Positions 56,174 through 64,000 of a stretch of DNA of 64,000 nucleotides are shown here, piece by piece. How positions within the stretch are numbered: position 1 is the first letter of the stretch; the number at the start of each line of letters is the position of its first letter. The DNA is taken from the NCBI RefSeq assembly GCF_009914755.1, contig NC_060932.1; one strand, written 5' to 3'. Position numbers and translations under genes: made by a program. The notes beneath the pieces were generated by a model. That model was not told the origin of the DNA, did no database searches, and saw nothing but the letters and a program-made list of their open reading frames with translations. The DNA is from the human T2T-CHM13v2.0 reference genome, Homo sapiens.

Positions 56174-58905
56174 AAACACAGAGAGAGAAGAAGAAGAGAG
56201 GGAATGTCTGTAAAATTATTGCTCATTATTTAGTCAGTGGCTATGGAAACTTCTCCTTTCCTCATGAATTCCATTCCTCCTAGCTCCTGGATTCCACCCA
56301 CTGTTTCTTCTTCTACTTTTTGATTTCCTAGTAGCTACCATCATATACTATGGTGTAGGTGAAATTAATGAACATATCTATTCCTGGTACAAAAAATTGG
56401 GGGATAGCTTAGTGTAGAGACATCAGAGGAGATTTAGCTTCACTGTATTTTCAGTTGCCATCTGCTATTGGAAGCCAAAGTCAAACAATCCCATATACTT
56501 ATTGTTTGTACATAGCTGACATGTCTTAAATCCTTCAAGGTTTCACCAGGCCAGGTTGTCATAAAACCTCTGGTAAACTTGACTGAAGCATGCTTTTTAG
56601 TAATAAAATGTTTGTAAAATGAGTTTTTGTTGCCGATGTAATTGTTGTTAAAAAACTGTATTACACATTTTGTGCCCAGGCTCTTGTCAATAAGATCAGA
56701 TATGATAGATGGATCCTATCCTTTCATATTTACAGGCCAGGAAGCTTGACTTTTCAGTTTACCAAAATTAGTAAGAATCCAATATTGTCACACACTGCCA
56801 GAGTTCATAAACACTGATGTATAAAGCCAAAGCATGAACTTAATAATTTACAACGACTAATTAAAGTTGTTAAGGGTACCAGATACTTTCCTCTATTTGA
56901 CTAGCACATTTTTCCCTATATATTAATTACATGCAATGTCAATTACCAGAAAGGTGTTTGTGGCCTTCAATCACAGGGAGGCACCAGTTGAGTGATTTGA
57001 ATGTATAGCAGAATTTGGCTGTGATTATTTTGGATCTATTAAGATGATTTTACATATCTCTGCCAGAATCGAGTATAACTTCATGTATACTAACATGTAT
57101 TACATAGGATAACCTATAAAGAAAACTTTTTTTTTTGCAAGTTCTTGAAAGGCACCACATTATTTTGCCAAGCATCAATGCAATATTATCTTGTTTCATA
57201 TTGTTTTGTGACTAACAAATAGACACATGCTTCATCTGAAATTCACATAAAAGCCTTTAACTTCAAAGATTTTTCTTCTACAGACAAAATGCAACCATTT
57301 GGGGAAAATATTTGAACCCAGAAATTAGTACAATTAGCAAATGTATTTATAGGAATAAACAAGAATATCTTTTTCATCAAATCTTTAGCTACTAATAATC
57401 ACAACTTAATTTACCATGAGAATTTTACACTGATTTAATGACAATACACCTTTATAACTCATGTTCTGTGAGTCACACAACTTTCTAGATAATTCTGTAA
57501 TACAGAACATGTGAAGACTAGAAGTCTTTTCAGTTACTTTTAGTGAAATACTTTCTCGGGGCCAAATCTCCCATTTAGTTCTACTTTCTTATTTTATACA
57601 TGCAGAATAAAAGAGTAGGGATAAAATTTGTTTCATTGTAGTCATGCTAAAGAAGGCAAAATCGATGTTCTGCAATGATTCATTCCCAAATACAGAGATT
57701 GGAGGCTGAGGGTGAATGTGCAGAGACGTACACATCTGTAAAGGGAAATAATTGGGTGCCATCTAAGGATGATAGTTAAGATGGTTGTCCTCTAATAATC
57801 TAGAAATAAAAGAAATGAAATCATATCTTGAAAGTATTATAAATCAGGACATGACACATGACAAGCTACCCAAGTAACAGACCTGTTTCCCCAGATGTTT
57901 TCCTAATAGGAATAAATGAAATGGTCAGCTATAAAGTTTTATTTCTCATTTTAATTTGAAATGTAAATTGTCTTTCAGAATTTTTCATTTCTTATAATTT
58001 AACATACTATGGTCACCATCCCTGAATCTAATCAAGTCTGGAATACTAATTAAAGTGTTTTCTTTTTTAAGAAAATAATGCCATCACATAGGCCATTGAA
58101 GCATCAGCCACTGACTTACTTAAGTGACATTCTATCAGAAAGTCCACTTCTGCCTCTACCTTGTAGTACAGTGACTGATGCTTTCAAGAGATGGCTCTGT
58201 AAATCTAAAATTATGAGCAGATGTCAGAAGCTTTCTAGATTCTCCAAAGAATGTATTCATCAGTTTCTTAAAAACCAACTAAAAGGAGAATTAGTTTTCC
58301 TCCAGAGAATGGGAACTCTACAGAGAGTTATTTAATGTATAGGCTTATATGTGTGTATGTCATTTGGTTTTACATGATAAGCATTTGGGTTTCTCCTACA
58401 TAATTAGCACAAACATAGAATGAATGGGTACTATTATTGTCTTTGAATACTAGCAGTCTTAAGAAGCAGCTTAGTTTATTGGTGAGCTATTACCAGAAGT
58501 AATTGCTTAGCATAGTAAATAATAATCAAAATTGTAGTGGGTGAATATATGATTCATCAAAATAAAGAAAATTATAATTTTCTCAAAATGATTATTAGAA
58601 AAATTATTTATACTAATTTTAATGCAAAGACCTTCACGATACATTCATATTCTAGGATACTATGCACGTATTAAAATCTTGTTTTTGAAGAATATTTAAA
58701 AACATGGGGATAGTTTCTCAAGTAAAAATTCAAGCTAATAAACAGAATATTTACTAAGATCTCAATAATGATATTGATGAAGAGATAGAAATACGCATAT
58801 AGATACAAAAGACACAGATACAGATGCAGATAGGGTACATGGTTGTATCATCTTTAGATGACATAATCGTCGTTTTTAGTTTTAGTTCATACTTTATACT
58901 TTCTT

Positions 58906-59286
<381 letters not shown>

Positions 59287-60194
59287 TTAAATGAAAAGAA
59301 AAGTATGTATGTTTGTGTATGTATGTGTGTGTTTACATTTTATGCCACTTTTTCTGACATTTAAATGTGGTAGGGTACTATATTGGTTTGCTAAATTTAT
59401 TTTCTACTCTCGTGCTAGAAATCATAAACTCGATTTCATTTTCAAGTGTTACAATTTGATCAGTGATTCCACTCATCTCCTAAATTATTTGATATGAAAT
59501 TATCTCTGCTCTACTTAACCCTCAACATGTACTTGCATAACATTTTTACTTAAAAAATTGGTCAACTCAGAAGATTGCAGATTTCCAAGATCCTTTGTTT
59601 GGCCCGCATATCAGTTTTGTTATCTCATTACATCAAAGGATACTTATCTCTCTTAACAATTAGCAAATTTTGTTGAACATAAGTTTCTCGACATCAGGGA
59701 TTATATCTTATTTAACTTCTCAGACCTTGAAATATTATATAATAAATATATATTGAACTGCATATCATAAAAATGTTCACCCCTTCCTTCCTTTTTGTTG
59801 TTTTAGCTTCATTCCAACTAAAACATGGCAGTGTTTTATTTATTTTTGACAGCAGGTATGCAAAAACTATTCTAAATTTTATTCAGAAAAATAACAAGAA
59901 AAGATAAGAAAATTAGTGGGTTACAGATGCAAGAATACATGGATAAATCAGATAGCCATTGACAAACCCTGTAGACATGAGAATTTAATATGTGATAAAG
60001 ATAATACTGCATATCAGGAATGGAGGGGTTAATCTATAAATATGTTTTATTTTAAAATAGTCAACTTAGAACCACAGCTCATTCCCAAAATCAAAGTAAA
60101 TTTTAGGTGTATCAAACGTTAACACTAAACCATAGAAGAAATTAGGGCTAGAATAAAATATGTCAGAATACCTGAATAATCAAAACCATTTAAG

Positions 60195-60718
60195 CAGGGG
60201 TTCTCATCCCTCAGGCCATGGACTAGTACCAGTCCGTGATCTTTTAGGAACCAGGCTGCACAGCAGGAGGTGAGCAATGTGCAAGTGAGTGAAGCTTCAT
60301 CTCTATTTACAGCTGTTCCCTATCATTTGCATTACTGCCTGAGCTCTGCCTCCTGTCAGATCAGTTGCAGCATTAGATTTTCATAGGAGCTCGAACCTGT
60401 TGGAAACCCCCCATGTGAAGGATATAGGTTGCACACTCCTTATGAGAATCTAATACCTGATGATCCGTCACTGTCTCCCATCACCCCCAGATGGGACCAA
60501 CTAGTTGCAGGAAAACAAGCTCAGGGCTCCCACTGATTCTACATTATGGTGAGTAACATAATTATTTCATTATATATTACAGTGTAATAATAATAGAAAT
60601 AAAGTATACAATAAATGTAATGCGTTTGAATCATCCTGAAACCATCCCTCAGCCTGGTCCATGGAAAAATTATCTTCCACAAAGCTGGTCCCTGGTGCCA
60701 AAAAGATTGGGACCACTG
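60195..60718 (+). mobile_element. MER1A (hAT-Charlie), full length, in old L1M remnants
   Basis: Termini cagggg.../...ccactg; perfect 8-bp TSD catttaag at 60187-60194 and 60719-60726. Confidence 0.93.
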
Positions 60719-61350
60719 CATTTAAGCATAAAAGTAGGTGAAGACATCATGAAAGAATGTATTGACACATTTGACTACGTAAAAGATTTTTTTACAGAAA
60801 CCTCATTTGTTTAAAAAAAAATCAGAGAATTAAAAGGCACATAACAAGTAGTAGAAGATTGCCACAGAGATTAATGACTTTAATAAAGAGTTACTAATAA
60901 GTGATTTAAAAAAATACTAAAACTTCATAACAAAGATCATAAAAAAGCAATTTATAAAAACATAGATTAAAAATAAAGTATTGTTATAACAACATTCCGT
61001 AATGGTCAGAATGAGGTAAGATGGAACTATAAAGCTGGAATCACCAAAGAAACAGTATATTATGCTCTTCACATTGGTTATTAAAACAACACAAGAAGAA
61101 ATGCTTGTCATAAAGATTTTCTCAAGAATCGGGAGCTTCTTTTTGTCAGTTAATAAGAAAATTAAATTAACCAGAACATCTGCTTTTCTAAGAATTCCAG
61201 TCAATTATGATACTAATGTGGATGCTATTTTTGCTGTGATGCTCCTTTTTCATTTCCTGTGTTTTATTTTTGTGCTTTCTTTGTATTTTTTTGGTTACAC
61301 TTGCCAAACCTGTCTATATTACTGGTTTTTAAATTAAAGAAGATCACGTA

Positions 61351-62927
61351 GTTGTCGCTGGCAAGATGGCCCAATAGGAAGAGCTCCGGTCTGCAGCTCC
61401 CAGCAAGATCAACACAGAAGGCAGGTGATTTCTGCATTTCCAACTGAGGTACCCGGCTCATCTCATTGGAACTGGTTAGACAGTGGGTGCAGCCCACAGA
61501 GGGCAAGCTGAAGCAGCGTGGGAAGTCGCTTCACCTGGGAAGTGCAAAGGGTCAGGGAACTCCCTCCCCTAGCCAAGGAAAGCCTTGAGGGACTGTGCCA
61601 TGAAGGATGGTGCACTCCGGCCCCAGGTAGTATGCTTTTCCCATGGTCATTGCAACCCGCAGACCAAGAGATTCCCTTGGGTGCCTAGGCCAGGGCCCTG
61701 GATTTCAAGCACAAAACTGGGCGGTCATTTGGGCAGACACCAAGCTAGCTGCAGGAGTTTTTTTTTCATACCCCAGTGGCACCTGGAATGACAGCGAGAC
61801 AGAACCATTCACTGCCCTGAAAAGGGGGCTGAAGCCAGGGAGCCAAGTGGTCTAGCTCAGCAGATCCCACCCTCATGGAGCCCAGCAAGCTAAAATCCAC
61901 TGGCTTGAAATTCTCACTTCCAGCACAGCAGTCTGAAGTTGACGAGGAACACTCTGGCTTGGTGGGGGGAGGGAGGTCCACTATTACTAAGGCTTGAGTA
62001 GGCAGTTTTCCCCTCCCAGTGTAAACAAAGCCACTGGGAAGTTCAAACTGGGCGGAGCCCACCGCAGCTCCACAAAGCCACTGTAGCCCGACTGCCACTC
62101 TAGATTCCTCCTCTCCAGGCAGGGCACCTCTGAATAAAGGGCAGCAGCCCCAGTCAGGGGCTTTTAGATATAACTCCCATCTCCCTGGGACAGAGCACCT
62201 GGGAGAGGGGGTGGCTGTGAGAGCAACTTCAGCAAACTTAAACGTTCCTGCCTGCCAGCTCTGAAGAGAGCAGTGGATCTCCCAGTACAGTGCTTGAGCT
62301 CTGCTAAGGGACAGACTGCCTCTTCAAGTGGGTCCCTGACCCCCATGCCTCCTGACTGGGAGACACCTTCCAGCAGGGGTCGACTAGGTATTAATGGAAT
62401 GTATCTCAAAATAATAAGAGCTATTAATGACAAACCCACAGCCAATATCATACTGAATGGCCAAAAGCTGACAGCATTCCCCTTGAAAACACACAAGACA
62501 AGTATGCCCTCTCTCACCACTCCTATTCAACATAGTATTGGAAGTTCCGGCCCGGGCAATCAGGCAAAAGAAAGAAATAAAGCGTATTCAAATGGGAAGA
62601 GAGGAAGTCAAATTGTCTCTGTTTGCAGATGACATGATTGTATATTTAGAAAATCCCATCGTCTCAGCCCACATTCTCCTTAAGCTGATAAGCAACTTTA
62701 GCAAAGTCTCAGGATACAAAATCAGTGTGCAAAAATCACACACATTCCTATACACTAACGATAGACAAACAGAGAGCCAAACCATGAGTGAACTCCCATT
62801 CACAATTGCTACAAAGAGAATAAAATACCTAGGAATGCAACTTACAAGGGATGGGAAGGACCCCTTCAAAGAGAACTACAAACCACTGCTCAACGAAATA
62901 AAAGAGGACACAAACAAATGGAAGAAC
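61351..62927 (+). mobile_element. L1PA7/8-type 5'UTR fused to an internal ORF2 (RT) segment
   Basis: gctggcaagatggc 5' start; jump at 62383-62384 into taggtattaatggaatgtatctc; RT motif [16 protein letters not shown]. Confidence 0.92.
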
Positions 62928-62982
62928 TGCACTCCAGCCTGGGTGACTGAGCAAGACCCTGTCTCAAAATAATGATAATAAT
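62926..62982 (+). mobile_element. Alu 3' terminal fragment (AluJ-like)
   Basis: actgcactccagcctgggtgactgagcaagaccctgtctc plus (aat)n tail. Confidence 0.85.
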
Positions 62983-63860
62983 TGGGAGCATTGCAAAAGA
63001 CTCTAGGGAGTCCTTTCAGTGGCACAGAGGCATGAAACTCTGCTTGTACCCTTCTCTGACTTACACAAAGCAAAAGCAATCCACTGCTGGGAGAGAAACA
63101 GGAAACTCCTGCCCCCAGGACCCAGGCAATGTTCCTGGGGGAGTGGAGGAGAAATGGAAGTTGCCTCTGAAGGAGGAGGAAGAGCAAAGATGGACTGCTC
63201 CTGAGGGAGAGGTAGAAGCAAAACCCTCTGCCTCTGAGGACAGGGGAGGAAGATCTTCCTGCCTCTACCGGGAGCCTTGTACTAGTAACAAACAATATCA
63301 GTCTACCACTGGACAGTGCCAGGCAAAGGTGCAATAGCACCAGTAGGGGTGAGAGACAAAGGTCATCTGCTCATGGGAGAGGAGAGGAGCCAAACTCCTG
63401 CACTGATTCAAGTAGGGGTCTGAGAGAAAGCCAGGATACTGTCTCAGGCCCAAGACTTCACATAGAGATGACACAGTTTGGCTGCCACAAGGAGAGGTGT
63501 AGGAATGCTGTTAAAGCCGCACCTCTGAGGCCAAGAAGCACAGGGCCAGCCTGAGGCTGAGGCAGGATCAAGAGAACTGAGAACTCCAAGAGCTTGCTAT
63601 TTATTGCGAGACCATGAAGACAGACTCCTCTGTGGGGCAGTTGAGTGGGGTCTGCTGAAAGCTGAGAATGAAACAGAAGACTGAGTAAAACCTCCGGCAC
63701 CCCAGAACCCTCATTAAGCCAAAGAAGAGCACCCCATTGTTGGAAGAATTTGAAGTCCTAGTGCACTGAAATGGTGACACCAATGACAAAATTCCAAACT
63801 AGCTCAACTTATGAAGAGACTGATTCATTTACTCATATTAACAACCAGTCAGGAGAAGAA
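62983..63860 (+). mobile_element. Probable old L1M 5' region
   Basis: GC-richer, CpG-depleted sequence with repeated aaac(t/c)c(c/t)ctgc motifs; family uncertain. Confidence 0.35.
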
Positions 63861-64000
63861 TTGAGATTTATTTCTTTCAATTTCCACTCTTCTTTCATAC
63901 ACTCCAATCAAAGAGGTCAAAAGGAACCTATGAAGAGAAGCCATCAATATCCTGAATTCTAGGATCTTCTAAGAGACCTATTTGATTTTCTACTGGTCTT

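Noticed and set aside
62876-63340. 121-154 aa ORFs on both strands
   Set aside because: They span repeat junctions and probable old L1 5' sequence; no splice or homology support

Overview
AT-rich, repeat-dense primate (very probably human) genomic DNA. No intact protein-coding exon is supportable. A small CpG-island promoter at about 36.45-37.17 kb (GC boxes, CCAAT boxes, RFX X-box) drives a minus-strand gene whose non-coding 5' exons run leftward. The 11.4-kb first intron plus 159-nt exon matches my recollection of TRIQK (8q22.1), with coding exons left of the window; this is from memory and unverified. At 43.5-46.1 kb (+) lies a decayed, intronless IRF5 retrocopy (probably IRF5P1) covering the DBD through the 3'UTR. 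It is missed by the ORF track, is split by an ancient MER45B DNA transposon, and lacks the human exon-6 (PTLQP)n expansion. The rest is Alu, L1 (including a twin-primed 5'-inverted L1PA and an L1PA7 5'UTR/ORF2/Alu-tail fusion), L2, MIR, LTRs, DNA transposons and simple repeats, plus several short local duplications. I found no credible new biological system. Repeat boundaries and subfamily names are by eye and approximate.
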